Shown here piece after piece: positions 26,477 to 41,592 of a stretch of DNA of 64,000 nt. The position numbers and the translations under genes are program-made. The notes below the pieces were generated by a model that made no database searches, was not told the origin of the DNA, and worked only from the letters and a program-made list of their open reading frames with translations. The stretch's first letter is position 1; each line of letters begins with the position of its first letter. The stretch comes from Octopus vulgaris (lineage: Eukaryota), in the NCBI GenBank assembly GCA_951406725.2, contig OX597821.1:115878001-115942000 (forward strand). The letters are read 5' to 3'.

Positions 26477-27608
26477 CAAAATGGGGAGGCAAAGAGTGTA
26501 ACAAAATGGGTGTAACAAAATGGGGAGGCAAAGAGAGAACCCATAAATTAACAACCAGACTTAAAATATTTATTGGGGCCGAGTAAACTCTACAACGTGG
26601 TTCGCAGCGTCGTCGCAGTCCAATGACGGAAATATTTAAAAGAAAAGAAGAATAAATCTAACTTAAGAGAGTAAAAAAATATATATAATTAAAGAAGAAT
26701 GCGGATTGCGTTTCTTGAGACGGAAATGAAGAGGAGTGTTTTAGTTTATTTATTTAGGAATCTTTTAAGTTTTAGTCTCCTTTTCATGTGAAGAAATCTG
26801 TGTTATTTTGCCGATAAGGTTTCTGTGGCCAATTTTTCACATTCCTTCGCAGTAATGTTGAAGGGGAAAATTCCGATTGTTTTTAAATGGTTGTTTCCTC
26901 GTATTGTTTACTCTGTCGGACACAGCGATCTCTACATTGCTTGGATGCTGGCTATGTTAAAATGGGTTTGTCAAATATATTAACTTCATGGTGTATGGTG
27001 CCCGCGTGATTTGAACTATAAGTTACTGATCGACGCATTAGTAGGTAAACATGGTGGTGGTGGTGGTGGTGGTGGTGGGTCTGTTGTTTCAATACTGTCT
27101 TGATGTGCCATGTTCTTAGACAATGCACTTTTGCCAACAGAGGTCATTTAATTGTAGATAAATAATGCCAATTGACTGAACAGCTGCGGAACAAAGAGGG
27201 TGATGATACGTATAATAGGAGACAATATTGATTCTAGCGATAATCATTAATTAATGATTAATGAAGGTGAAGTTAAATAGGTCTAATCAGATACTGATTG
27301 TAGCTATTTAACTTTATACACTAGCCAAGAATCCTATTGACAGATGATGGTAAACACTATGGTTGAGTGGTAAGAAGTTTGCTTCTCAACCACATACTTC
27401 CAGGTTCAGTTCCACGGCGTGTCACCTGGGGCAAATGTCTTCTACAATGGTCTTGGGCTAACCAAAACCTTGTGAGTCGATTTAGTACACAGAAACTAAA
27501 AGAAGCTCGATATATATATATTTCCGGTCTTTCAAAATGTGACCGCGTGTGTACCGTTGGCTATTTTTTCCCTCTGTCTTCCCTTCTCTGGATCTTTCCT
27601 TCTCCTAT

Positions 27609-27643
27609 GTTTCCGACGAAGAGCTCCGCTCGAAACGTTAAAC
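27609..27643 (+). ncRNA. Hammerhead-like motif (family 2, variant core CCGACGA)
   Basis: GTTT CCGACGA A GAGC-tcc-GCTC GAAA CGTT AAAC. Stems I and II pair perfectly. Confidence 0.55.
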
Positions 27644-27766
27644 CCTCCTTCTTTCTTTCCTGAGCGTCCAATAATACTATATTTGTTCCACGTCCTCGCG
27701 TTGTTGTGTTTTTTTGTGCTTTCTTGTTTGGATTAACTTTATATGTATATATATATATACATACAT

Positions 27767-27863
<97 letters not shown>

Positions 27864-28069
27864 TATATAAATAGATGAGTGTATTTTTCCCTTGTTAACA
27901 ATTAACACGGATAAAATAGATAACTAGTTACCAGGGTAGCAAAAAATCACACAAGTAAAGAGGTTGTAACTCCTTGTTTTTAAAGGTAAAAACTTCGGTT
28001 TTACGTGGAATTTTTTATATAATATATAAATAAATAAATGGAGTTTAACGCAGGTATAATTCAAATACT

Positions 28070-28445
28070 TTTATTTCCGACACAAAGGAATAAATGGTGT
28101 AAAACAATGTAATCTTCTCTTCAGGGAAGTGAAAATATGAAACTCATCAATAAGACATTTTGAATTTATCTTATTGATAAGTTGTTCAAGGAGAGCATTC
28201 TTTGGTGGAATGGGAATATCCTTCAGGAATGCGTTAATACTAAATAACTCCATATGTTGTTACTATTTTGTTAGCAGGTTATAAATAAACATGATTAAAG
28301 TATATATAAATAGATGAGTGTATTTTTCCCTTGTTAACAATTATCACGGCAAAAATAGATAACTTCCCTGATGAGAAGATTATATTGCTTTACACAATTT
28401 ATTCCTTTGGAATAATATCAGTGAAATCTTCGAAACATGTGTCGT
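28070..28445. ncRNA. Two inverted partial copies of a hammerhead-like motif (family 3)
   Basis: Plus copy near 28364-28443: TTCC CTGATGA GAAGAT...ATCTTC GAAAC atgt GTC, lacking the stem I 3' arm. Minus copy near 28072-28131: CTTCC CTGAAGA GAAGAT...TGTC GGAAA, lacking GAAA. Confidence 0.45.
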
Positions 28446-28495
28446 TTCCAGTTTTGTTATTTATGCTTTCATTGGCATGCATCTTTATTTCAAAG

Positions 28496-28759
28496 GGACA
28501 GTAACTTCTGAAGCAGATTCATCTATTTCACCTTTGGAAACAGTCGAACCAACTGAAACAGTTGAATCAGTCGAAACCGTTAGACCAGCTGCAGTAGTAG
28601 CTAAACCAGTTCAAACGGCTGAACCAGATCACACAACTGAACCAGTACAAACAGCTGAACCAGTACAAACAGCTGAGCCAGTTCAAACAGCTGAACCAGT
28701 TCACACAGCTGAACCAGTTCACACAGCTGAACCAGTTGGAAAAACCTCCATAAGTCAAC
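28496..28759 (+). CDS. Integrin beta-like gene, mucin-like exon A with (EPVQ/HTA)n hexapeptide repeat
   Basis: ttcaaag|GG ACA ... CAA C|gtaagt, 264 nt, phase 1-1. The 18-bp coding repeat varies at third codon positions (GTT/GTA, GAA/GAG). Confidence 0.75.
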
Positions 28760-29639
28760 GTAAGTATAATACAACGTAAGCACAAGTATAAAACTTCTTA
28801 TTAAATTTATTTTGTACTTTCTCAGATTTGTCGTCTACTTTCGAAGTAATAACTATAACATTCTAACGTTCCTTTTAGAAATTTAATAACTTATTAATAT
28901 GCAAAACTTTCAGTTTTATCACGAGCAAGGGATGTAATATATGCAAAAGTATTTGAAGTGCTAAATATTTTTGTTGGTTCCCTTTCAGTGCTGATGATGC
29001 AGACCTATGATCGAAAGAATCCTAGTATGACCATCACAACTTTTCCCCATGTACAGTGTACACAAAACCATATTATCTAGTATGTCCTTATTTGTAACAC
29101 TGCAGTGATTTCGGAGGAGAGAGGGAAGAATCTAAATAAGGGCTGCAGGTGGGACTACGGAAAGAAGGGAAGGTGGAACTCGGAGAATAGGGGTGTAAAT
29201 CTGAAGTAGGTAGGGGAAAAGTGCAAGGTAGAAGTAATGAGGAAGTGAATTTAGACCAAAAGGTGTGTACACGTTGAGGGAGAAAATGTGCTTCTGTTTC
29301 TTCTGAAAGTGTGTGGTGGGATATCCGATCTTGGAGGCCAAGTCGAAAACCGAGACGTGTTAGGTGGAGTGGTCATCGGATCGGAAATGAGGTTAGAAAA
29401 ATGAAAAGATGGGAGAAAATGTGAGTTAAAAGGAGAGGGACATCACACTTCGAAGGCTATGCATTTGCTATCAAAGAGCAGAAGATTACTAATAAATACC
29501 TAATCAACAAAAGAGACAGTGATGCCCTTGAAGTTCAAGATGCAACCGAAAATGTAGATTATGTCATATTTCTGTGTCAGACACCACACACGTACTTTGC
29601 AGCTGTCCAAAACTGTCATCAAGGTACTACCTTCGTATG

Positions 29640-30341
<702 letters not shown>

Positions 30342-31693
30342 CTAGACCTGGGATGCCCTAGCATGAAGTACAATCGTATTCTTAACTGTCGCCTACTTCA
30401 AGAAAATTCGAATTTAAGAGGCATACGATATCTTCTGTGACAGGCGGTTGGCTACGACACTCGAGTTATATTTTGGTTGTTGCTAACCCTGACATTGAAA
30501 CATAAATTATGTTAATATATCTGGAAATGTATACGCTTATAAATCTGTAAAATCTATCCTGTGGACTTCTATAGTAAACAGGACTAATAATAATAATTAT
30601 TTTCCTTCTTTTGTGGTGAACGTATACTTGGTTATCTCTTTCTTGTAGGATCCATTACAATAGGACAATCGCTGACTTCATAGTCCCTTGACCCAATATA
30701 AACCCTTGTTTCTTGAGGCTCAAAACTGGGCAGAGGCTAATTCTCGTTAAAAGAGAAATCAGTCTGTCATACATTGTTATCACAGTAGAAACTAAATTCA
30801 ACGTTGCAGAGTTCATTATAAAACTTAAAGTGTTGTGGCCACAATATAATGCCTTTGACATAAACTGAACTGCTGATCAAAAATCGTTAGCATTACTTAT
30901 GTCGAATATAGATAATAATTCCATGTTACATTAAGTATAGTTATAATCAAGTTGTTGTTACCTCGGTTACTTAGCTGCAGGAAGCTCAGCTTCTCAACGT
31001 ACATCAGTTACACACGCAACATGGAACACTCTAATCTTGTCGCAGATAATCTCTCTTTACTTAGCATCGCATTAAAGTACTCAAATCTGCGGGAAAACCG
31101 TTTTGGGTTCAAGCATAGTGATATGGTTAATAAGTTCACTTGAATGTTACGTTGTTTCAGTTTCAATCCCAGTGCACAGCACCTTGATCATATGTTCTTA
31201 CAATAGCCTCAGACCCACACCAAACTTGCAAGTGAAATTTAGTGAAGAAATTCGTAGGAAGAGATGTTGTTGTTCTTCTGGGTTAGACTTTGTCAATAAG
31301 CTGGTTAACACCTCTATATACCCTTTGGATATCTTTTAGGGGAATCCACACGAAACACTCCTTCATTCCTTCCGTAATCCTGGTGCTCATGAAAAGGGTC
31401 ATAGACTTCCCTTTCTGATTAACAATTGTAAAAACAAAACATAAAGACAGCACAAAAACGAAAATATATGCAAAGATATCTATGCATATATTCATATACG
31501 CACACATATACACAATTACACATTTTATTATTATATATATGTATATATATGAATTGAACTGAACTAGTTTCAGCTTAAATACATACGTACATACAAAAAA
31601 TATATGTGTATGTATGTGTGTGTGTGAATGTGTGTGTGAGTGTATGTGACTGTGTGAGCATGTATCGATAATTCTTTGTTCTTGATTTAACAG

Positions 31694-31732
31694 AAACTTC
31701 ACCAGAAGTCGAAGATAAGCAGAGCAGTACAA
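31694..31732 (+). CDS. Integrin beta-like gene, mini-exon B (TSPEVEDKQSST)
   Basis: ttaacag|...A|gtaagt, 39 nt, phase 1-1, open. Confidence 0.65.
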
Positions 31733-33070
31733 GTAAGTACTTAAAAAAAATGAATAAAAATAACCAAAATTTGATTTTTCTTACTTTATGATTTTCATAA
31801 CCTGATTTTCTCTGCGGAGTGACGCTCTGCTGTAACTAGCTATAGTTTAGCAATCCTCACTTAGTGTACAAACACAGACAAAGGGAAGTGATTGGTATTT
31901 CGAAATTGAATAGATAATACATAAAATCAAAGTCCAAACTTAAAATTACACAGAAAAATACTAATTCGGGACCAATATCCAACTATTAGGTCCCTTCCAG
32001 ATGCCTTCCCAATATGCAGTTAGCGAAGGTTTCTGTATCAATTTTGTGTTTTACTGGTAGTGTTGGCACAGTATTCTCTCTCAACCGTATTTAACCATGA
32101 TTCATTCAGGTTGAAATCCCTCTTTTCGTTCCAAATTTTTGACTAGAATGATTGTAGAGGTAGCTTTCTTAATGGTAATATTTTCCTTCCTCATCTCTCT
32201 GTATAATGCTTGTGAGATGGAAGCAAACTCGTGATTGATACTGGCTCGCTCAAACATTCGTTTGCGATAGCGGAGTTTCTCGCTCATCATCCTGAGTCCA
32301 TGTTTTAAAGTGATTAGCTTTCCCTCAAGAGCTCGGTGTGAAGAGGTGACAAAGTTTCATTAATTTTTGTCTAAGGTAGAGCTGGTGAGGTGTAAACTCA
32401 TTTTTTCTCCTTATTTTTTATTGTTGTAGTTAACCATCCAATATGGCAGCGCACGTTGTTGATGTTTTCTTCAAGTTATGTTTTCCATCTAGGTTGTTTC
32501 CGTTTGTATGTATGTATGTATGTATGTATGTATGTATGTATGTATGTATGTATGTATGTATGTATGTATGTATGTATGTATGTATGTGTGTGTGTGTATA
32601 TATGTGTGTGTGTATGTATGTATGTATGTATGTATGTATGTATGTATGTATGTATGTATGTGTGTGTGTGTATGTATGTATGTATGTATGTATGTATGTA
32701 TGTATGTATGTATGTATGTATGTATGTATGTATGTATGTATGTATGCATGTATGTATGTATAAGCACTGTCCATTATATCGAATTCATTTAATACCTGTA
32801 TAAATGCAGTGATTGTTAAATCAGATGGACTTGCACATATGCACGACTTCAGAATAAAAGAAATAAATTAGTTAAATTATTTATTATAATATCATAAATT
32901 ATATAATCTCTACACGTGTTGTATCAGTGTATACTATGTTGTGTGTTAAACGTTACGTAGATGAATGCATAATTACCGTGAAACACGGGATATTCAGAAG
33001 TAAATAAAAATTCAATCCAATGGTATTTACCAAATCAGTAGGCAGAACCAAATGAGAACTTGCAATTTTC

Positions 33071-33178
<108 letters not shown>

Positions 33179-33268
33179 GACTGACTGACATATCCTATTT
33201 GATTAATCTTCGATATAAAAATTAAATTATCCATGAAAAATGATTTCAAGATATTTCCATTTCCTTAG

Positions 33269-33325
33269 GTCCAAGTGAATCAGAAGTGATATCAACGACA
33301 TCTAAACAAAGTAGCATTTATCTAC
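33269..33325 (+). CDS. Integrin beta-like gene, mini-exon C (PSESEVISTTSKQSSIYL)
   Basis: ttccttag|...C|gtaagt, 57 nt, phase 1-1, open. Confidence 0.7.
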
Positions 33326-33721
33326 GTAAGTAGAACAATTATTTGTATTCGATATAATAATATATACGGGATATAATATAAGTAAGTCCTTCAAGCATAG
33401 AACCAATAAATAGGTTATCATTATCATTGAGTGAGAGAGCAGAGCATGCCATCAAAGTGACACTGGGGTAAAATATACGAAGTCCTGTATACCCGTCATG
33501 AATACCTGTCTGATAAGAGTACACCAGGTAGGTGCATCACAACCAAATGTGCGCGACATAGTAATCTCTTGAAAATGTAATTCTTCCAAATAAAGTGCAC
33601 TTCATAGTCATATCATTATTTACCCAAAGACTCAACTAAGATAATGAAGTTCATTACATAACCTATGTTTTTCCGACACACACACGCTCACACACATGCT
33701 TGCATGTTATGATGATGTTGA

Positions 33722-33818
<97 letters not shown>

Positions 33819-33831
33819 CTTACCTACCTAC

Positions 33832-33863
<32 letters not shown>

Positions 33864-33959
33864 TTATCTATATACCTACTTACCTACCTACTTACCTACC
33901 TACCTACCTACCTACCTACCTACCTACCTACCTACCTACCTACCTACCTACCTACCTAC

Positions 33960-34000
<41 letters not shown>

Positions 34001-34019
34001 AATCTACTTACCTACCTAC

Positions 34020-34051
<32 letters not shown>

Positions 34052-34151
34052 TTATCTATTTACCTACTTACCTACCTACTTACCTACCTACCTACCTACC
34101 TACCTACCTACCTACCTACCTACCTACCTACCTACCTACCTACCTACCTAC

Positions 34152-34184
<33 letters not shown>

Positions 34185-34339
34185 AATCTACTTACCTACC
34201 TACCTGTCTGTCTGTCTGTCTATCTATCTATTTATCTATATACCTACTTACCTACCTACCTACCTACCTACCTACCTACTACCTTACCTACCTACCTACC
34301 TACCTACCTACCTACCTACCTACCTACCTACCTACCTAC

Positions 34340-34382
<43 letters not shown>

Positions 34383-34576
34383 ACACACACTCATTGATAC
34401 ATATACACACTCTGAGCATAGTGTTCAGAGACAACTTTCGAGACAGCATGCAAAGAAACAGTTTTATTCACCTCTTGCCTTGGATTATCAGATTTTCAGA
34501 AATTATAGTCACGTTGTCTTTATAGTTAAGTTATCTACATTGTCATTTTCATAATTTCCATGTAATTATTTTACAG

Positions 34577-34639
34577 ATAAAGCAACTTCCGAGCCAGCAG
34601 TTGTGTCTGTTTCAGTCAAAGAAAATTCGACACACCAAC
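34577..34639 (+). CDS. Integrin beta-like gene, mini-exon D (KATSEPAVVSVSVKENSTHQ)
   Basis: ttttacag|...C|gtaagt, 63 nt, phase 1-1, open. Confidence 0.7.
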
Positions 34640-34892
34640 GTAAGTTCTGTTCTCTCTATCTTCAATAGAAACCACATTAACCTTTGACTAAACAATCATC
34701 TTTTTCTTGGCTTCAGATGATTTTAATTACTTCTTCAATCAATTTTTATTTATTTCTCTTTATTCTGATGAAGAAAACTTGAAACTAATTTGTTAAATTC
34801 AATGACACTCCAATCTCACATAATAATTGATCGTTATGGTAAGCAGAACAGCAAGAAACATATATGGAAGTATTAGTGTAACCTTCACACAC

Positions 34893-35001
<109 letters not shown>

Positions 35002-35151
35002 ATAGCTAAGTGGTAGAGTTGTTTGTGCGTGGAAGAGAATGGCTTACAGTTCAAATTCGTGATATTAATTTCTACTTTCGTTCTTGCGGGATCGATAAAT
35101 GAATTACCAGCCCCGTATTGGACTCTATTCTTTTCTCTTTCCCTTTTGTCC

Positions 35152-36219
35152 TGTAGGGTTTAGACGACCACACGTAAGGAGTTGGCGACAAATGTCCCCT
35201 TTAGAACGCCGCACGGTCGTTCCCTAGCATAAGAGATGCCAGATACATAATATAACATACGGTGCCAAAGGAGTAAATGAATGAGGACAACAAACCGTTC
35301 TACTGTTTGAGAGAGAAAAGGACTTTATTCACAATGTGTACAGAGAGAGAGAGAGTGTGTGAGTGCTAGCGAAGTGTTGTGTATGAATGCGTGCGACAAG
35401 TATTTGTGTGTTCGTGTGTGTGACAGAAGGTACAGACAAAAGGTGAATGCACATAAACAGAAATACAGAGCATAGGATAAGTCTCAGCACATTGAGTTAA
35501 GATGGAGTTAGTTTACCAGTTCATGAGGTACACGATAGTAAGAGTTCTATAACAAGATGTTAGCGGTTCACGTGGCAGAGCCGGTTACTAAACTTGTAGA
35601 GGTTGGGGCTATCATGCCGTGCCGAGTCTCTTGATATAGATAGTTCTTTCAGATATACTGCAACTGTTTTCCGTGGTGAAAGATTCACACTAACAGCGCG
35701 AGTTAAACTTGGTCGGTGTTGGTGTGTACATGTTGTTGAAGTCGACGGTGGAATGGCGACGATGGTGGAGACGACATGAAGATGAAGTACGACGATGGTG
35801 ATAACGGCGGCGGAGGTTGAGAATGTCCTACGCTGCGGGCGTACATTAGCGTCGTAGTGGCTGAAGCTGGATCATGGCTGGTAGGCTGGTCGTTTGTAGC
35901 TGGAACTGGAACATGGCTGAGTAGCTCTGTAGTCAGTGACTAGACCTTAAAAGGTCTAAAGCCGAAAGACCTAAGAATAATGAAAACAAGCGCATTATAA
36001 AGAGTTAAGGTGGCTCAAATGAAGCACGCCTTATACGAAGGCCGTGATTGATTAGCTGTACACTCTGGCGCGAAATAAGTCGAGTGACAGACCACGCCAG
36101 CTGCCAACTAATCAGATCAGTGGACACAACAGGGTCAAACTAGCCAAAGATGGATGTAATCTCAAACGAGATCATTCTTATTGTGTCTCTCAAACAATGA
36201 GGATATCAATATCGCTACA
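35152..36219 (-). mobile_element. Solo LTR (Ty3/Gypsy-like), 1068 bp
   Basis: TGTAG...CTACA termini, 4-bp TSD GTCC at 35148-35151 and 36220-36223. Minus-strand AATAAA near 35325 and TTATAA near 35995. Confidence 0.75.
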
Positions 36220-37092
36220 GTCCATTCTCTGTCTTTTTGTCCACATATCTCGTCTCGTTTTGGTGTCACGCAGTTTCTACATAAAAATTGCATTATGAGT
36301 ACACTCAGCTTATTACATATCTATTTTGGGTGTCGGAATTCAACTGATTCAAAAACATAGTCGAAATCGACGAAGGATGCAGCAAACTTCACAAATTATA
36401 GTGTATGAATGTAGTTCTTGTACTACTTTAATAAACTACAGGGGTTTCAAAGTGTTAACACACTTATATACAATACTCTCAAACACTGGCACACATACAC
36501 ACACAAATGTATGCACACATGTCACACATAAACACTGAATTCAGTTATTGCATATATTTGTTATTTTTTTTAGCAGATGACTAGTTTTACTTTCAAGTCT
36601 ATATTTTATTAACTGTGCAAGTTTACATTGAATATATATATATAGCATTATATATTCGAGTAGTCTCGGAGATAATGGATGGGAAACTACAAGGCCTTAC
36701 CGGACTCCGACCGATTAGGAAATCGGCTGCGAATGATCCATGAATCTTTTTTTTTTATATACATATATAAAAAATATTCTTGGAATATTTTTTGTACGAC
36801 GTCAATATGTGTTTCTTTCTCTTTTTTTTTTGCCTCACTTTTGCCTTCCTCCTACTTTTTTCTCTCTCTTTCCCTCCCTAATACTTTAAGTCTTTCTTCA
36901 TGCTGGACCACTCACCAGACTGTAGATAAACTGTTTTTACTTCATATTTTTATGAATTTTTACTGATATTTGATGAGAAACATCGCAACCGGTAATATTT
37001 ACATTATATATAGATCAATATTCAACGCATTTGTATACACATGCAACTATGAACATTAATGCTTCTATATATATATTTAAAAATAAATTTAG

Positions 37093-37149
37093 CAACAACC
37101 AAATTAACAACGATGCCTCTGAAAAACACCGAAGCTGAGTTCACTGGAA
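37093..37149 (+). CDS. Integrin beta-like gene, mini-exon E (TTKLTTMPLKNTEAEFTG)
   Basis: aatttag|...A|gtaagt, 57 nt, phase 1-1, open. Confidence 0.6.
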
Positions 37150-37756
37150 GTAAGTGAAAATAAAACTATAATAATTGTCCTTTATATTTAAAATGATAGA
37201 CGTCTCGTTCTTCAGATCTGATACATTAAACAGGAGAAAATTTCATGAACTGTCAAATTAAGATCTGCCCAGTATTCTATAATAGCTAAAACTTCTGGAT
37301 GTTAAAGACGGCAGAGTATAGAACAGTACTGAGTACAAATCTGATTGCGACTTGGTCCAAGTACTAACCAAGTACTGAGCTAGGTTTTATCGACTAAACG
37401 CTCCCAGGAATATTGTGACTCTACAAGAATTATAACAGCTGAAGGAGATGAATTCTTTGTAATGAGTGAGGACGAGACAAAACCCTTTCCTATATTCATT
37501 TATAATTCGACTTCACATACCTCAGAGACGACGACAAAATAATGATGAGCGTATACTGCAGCTATTTCAATCGACTTACACCCTCCTCATAGTCTATATG
37601 GCATTTCGCTAATATAGATTACATCAATATGTCGAGAAAGAATCCTATTGCTTTTCTCGACATGGCAACATGAATTTAACGAATATTTTTACTTAACAAA
37701 ACCCATTTGTTTTATCATCCAAAATTCATTAATTCTCCCATTACTTATGATTTATT

Positions 37757-38310
37757 ATTGAGTGAGAGAGCAGTGCATGCCATCAAGGTGACACTGGGGT
37801 AAAATATACAAAGCCCAGCATACCCATCATGACTACCCGTCTGATAAGGGTACACCAGGCACATGCATCACAACCATATGTACGTGACATGGTGATCTCA
37901 TATCAAGATAAACAGCACATGACCTTGCAGGTGGGGCCCAGTTAGAATTTTCTTTTGGTCGAGTAATCCATCCCGCTGAAATGGTCCCTGAATAAGGGTT
38001 GTGTAAGGATGTTGAAAGAACCACCCATGTTTCCAGAGGTGAATTATTCAAACCCCAAAGAATCCCTCTCAACACATGGCTATGATGCTCCCCCACTACT
38101 TCTGCTCGTGATCAGCGATGCACATATCGTCAGCCACTAAGGGACATGCTCAACTGGTTATGGTCAAACAACTGACAAGCAAATCTGTGGTAATGAGCAG
38201 AATATTATTTGCTGTAGCCCATCTTTTTATACCAAGACAAAACAATGTACATGATAACACTTCCAATCAGTTAAGATCAGAAGCCATGAGAGCCACTACC
38301 TGGTACTACA
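37757..38310. mobile_element. Non-coding interspersed repeat family D (about 550 bp), in trinucleotide microsatellite context
   Basis: Inverted near-identical copy at 43761-44261. Fragments at 33427-33567 and 42897-42988. Confidence 0.85.
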
Positions 38311-38350
38311 TCAAGGCATAGAGCCATCGCCTGGTACTGCATGAAGGTAT

Positions 38351-38386
<36 letters not shown>

Positions 38387-38439
38387 GTCGTCGTCATCGT
38401 CGTCGTCGTCGTCGTCGTCGCCGTCACCATCACCATCAC

Positions 38440-38526
<87 letters not shown>

Positions 38527-38560
38527 AAGAAACGTTGAATTGTAATGTTTGTTTTCACAG

Positions 38561-38611
38561 GTGGAAGTATATCTGACATGGTGTACGGGAATGAAACCTT
38601 CACGTTTCTAT
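38561..38611 (+). CDS. Integrin beta-like gene, mini-exon F (GSISDMVYGNETFTFL)
   Basis: gttttcacag|...T|gtaagt, 51 nt, phase 1-1, open. Confidence 0.65.
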
Positions 38612-39724
38612 GTAAGTTTTGTTAATATGATAATACCTAAAAATGGACATATGACAAACTATTTTAGACGCATAGTGTAGCAAATATGTATCAACATTTT
38701 AATTTCCAATTCCAACTGTTTTCGAGTATTCACTGTGACAACCCTAGAAGATTCGAAGAACTGAAAAATATTTAGTCATTGAATAATAAAACAAACAAAA
38801 TAAACTACATACATAATACATACACATATACACGCATAAACCCAAACACCCTACCACACACATTCATTGCTCTATATCGCTAAATATCCAGGTTAAGTCA
38901 TACCTCTAACTTAAAATCTGTCTTCATCAAATGAGATAAGCTGACAGCAGTACAATCCATAATGGACATGAAATCAATTGAGAACTTCTAAAAATTCCAG
39001 AATCAAATGTCTAAGAACCTCTATCACACTAAAATCAGTGTACGGATAAACATCATAAACAAATAACAAACTCCATTATTAAAGTTTATAAGCATCTAAG
39101 CAGCCATACCTACCAATATACCTATTATACCATACCTATTATATATGCTTAGAAACATATTCAGATAAGGAATAAACTGAAGAAAACCAGGAATTCCTTC
39201 TTCAGCTGTTTAACAGATATCAACCAGGTTTCGAACATATAGGTGCGATTACTCCTTCGGTCAGTATCAAATAACCTCAGGAACATATAATCTAACGCTG
39301 ACTGGGAATATAAAAGCTTAATACTTTTCACTGGATTATAATTAAGTGAACCACCAACGACTGGATTACACTGTAACATAAAATCCATTTAAATAAATTA
39401 CAAAATCAATAATTATTCAAGTTAACAATAAATAGCGTCTATGAAGAATGAACTAAGGAAAATTACTTATATAGGGATATCTAACTAATAAACATAGATA
39501 CATTAAAACCACGAATACTGCCATGTACCACGAACATCCAGCCATGAGTACTTACTGTCAGATGTACACATTATAAACCAAATATGACTATTGACTGAAT
39601 TACAACCTCCAAAAACAAAAAAAACAAAACAAAAAGTACAATTCAAACATCCACCCTTAATAACTTATAACATGAAATCGAATTACTAAATAATTTAATA
39701 ATCTCAATTAAATTAAAATTTATA

Positions 39725-40208
<484 letters not shown>

Positions 40209-40749
40209 AAATGTTTCTATTCCCTGGGAAACCTATTCTGTCTGTCTGTCTACTTTCTATTCGTGTTATGGCCAAAAAAGGCCGGAGTCAACCTGGATGC
40301 AGCGGAAGTGGCAATAATCATCCGATGAATGAGACAAAATATGTATTGACCACTCAAGATCATTCTTTCTCACTCTTACACTTACGCAGTGAATGTAAGT
40401 AGAACTATTCGGCCGCAAAGACACTCCGTAGCGAATTCTATAATTCCACTTATTTTATCGTACGTAATATTGAAATCGCGCATCGGATTAAAAAGTACAA
40501 TTATTCTTTATTCAGTCAAATATCATTATGTACATCCCTATCACGCTTAGAATTTTAATATTATCCTTTAATACTACAAACGTTTTTGTAGTAATCATTT
40601 ACTTGATCAAAATCTTAGTATTTAAGCTTTGAGTTCACTTTCCATACTTCTTATATGACACCAACTTCTATCGCTTTAAACTTTCAATTCGTCTGCGAGC
40701 TGAACACAAGAAATATTTCCACATTTACTCAAAATTTAATTATGTATAC

Positions 40750-41155
40750 TCTTTACTCTCTCTTTTTTTTTTTACTCTTTTTACTTGTTTCAGTCATTTG
40801 ACTGCGGCCATGCTGGAACACCGCCTTTAGTCGAGCAACTCGACCCCGAGACTTATTCTTTGTAAGCCCAGTACTTATTCTATCGGTCTCTTTTGCCGAA
40901 CCGCTAAGTGACATGGACGTAAACACACCAGCATCGGTTGTCAAGCAATGCTAGGGGGACAAACACACACACATACATACATATATATACATATATACGA
41001 CAGGCTTCTTTCAGTTTCCGTCTACCAAATCCACTCACAAGGTCGGCCCGGGGCTATAGCAGAAGACACTTGCCCAAGATGCCACGCAGTGGACTGAACC
41101 CGGAACCATGTGGTTGGTTAGCAAGCTACTTACCACACAGCCACTCCTGCGCCTA
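40750..41155 (-). mobile_element. SINE family B, full length, left arm of head-to-head pair
   Basis: Near-identical reverse complement of 41177-41592. Confidence 0.9.
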
Positions 41156-41176
41156 GATTTGTCTAGATTATCTAGA

Positions 41177-41592
41177 TAGGCGCAGGAGTGGCTGTGTGGT
41201 AAGTAGCTTGTTTACCAACCACATGGTTCCGGGTTCAGTCCCACTGCGTGGCATCTTGGGCAAGTGTCTTCTGCTATAGCCCCGGGCCGACCTTGTGAGT
41301 GGATTTGGTAGACGGAAACTGAAAGAAGCCCGTCGTATATATGTATGTATATATATATATATATGCGTGTGTGTGTTTGTGTGTCTGTGTTTGTCCCCCT
41401 AGCATTGCTTGACAACCGATGCTGGTGTGTTTATGTCCCCGTTACTTAGCGGTTCGGCAAAAGAGACCGATAAAATAAGTACTGGGCTTACAAAAGAATA
41501 AGTCCCGGGGTCGAGTTGATCGACTGAAGGCGGTGCTCCAGCATGGCCGCAGTCAAATGACTGAAACAAGTAAAAGAGTAAAGAGTAAGAGT
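41177..41592 (+). mobile_element. SINE family B, full length, right arm of head-to-head pair
   Basis: Full head to tail. Flanked by tgtctagatt at 41160-41169 and 41596-41605, a candidate target-site duplication (TSD). Confidence 0.9.

Noticed and set aside
40281-40400. Strong-looking donor GAAT|gtaagt at 40394 as another mini-exon
   Set aside because: The nearest good acceptor gives a 5-nt frame-breaking exon and the in-frame acceptor (aaaaaag) has no pyrimidine tract. Left unresolved.
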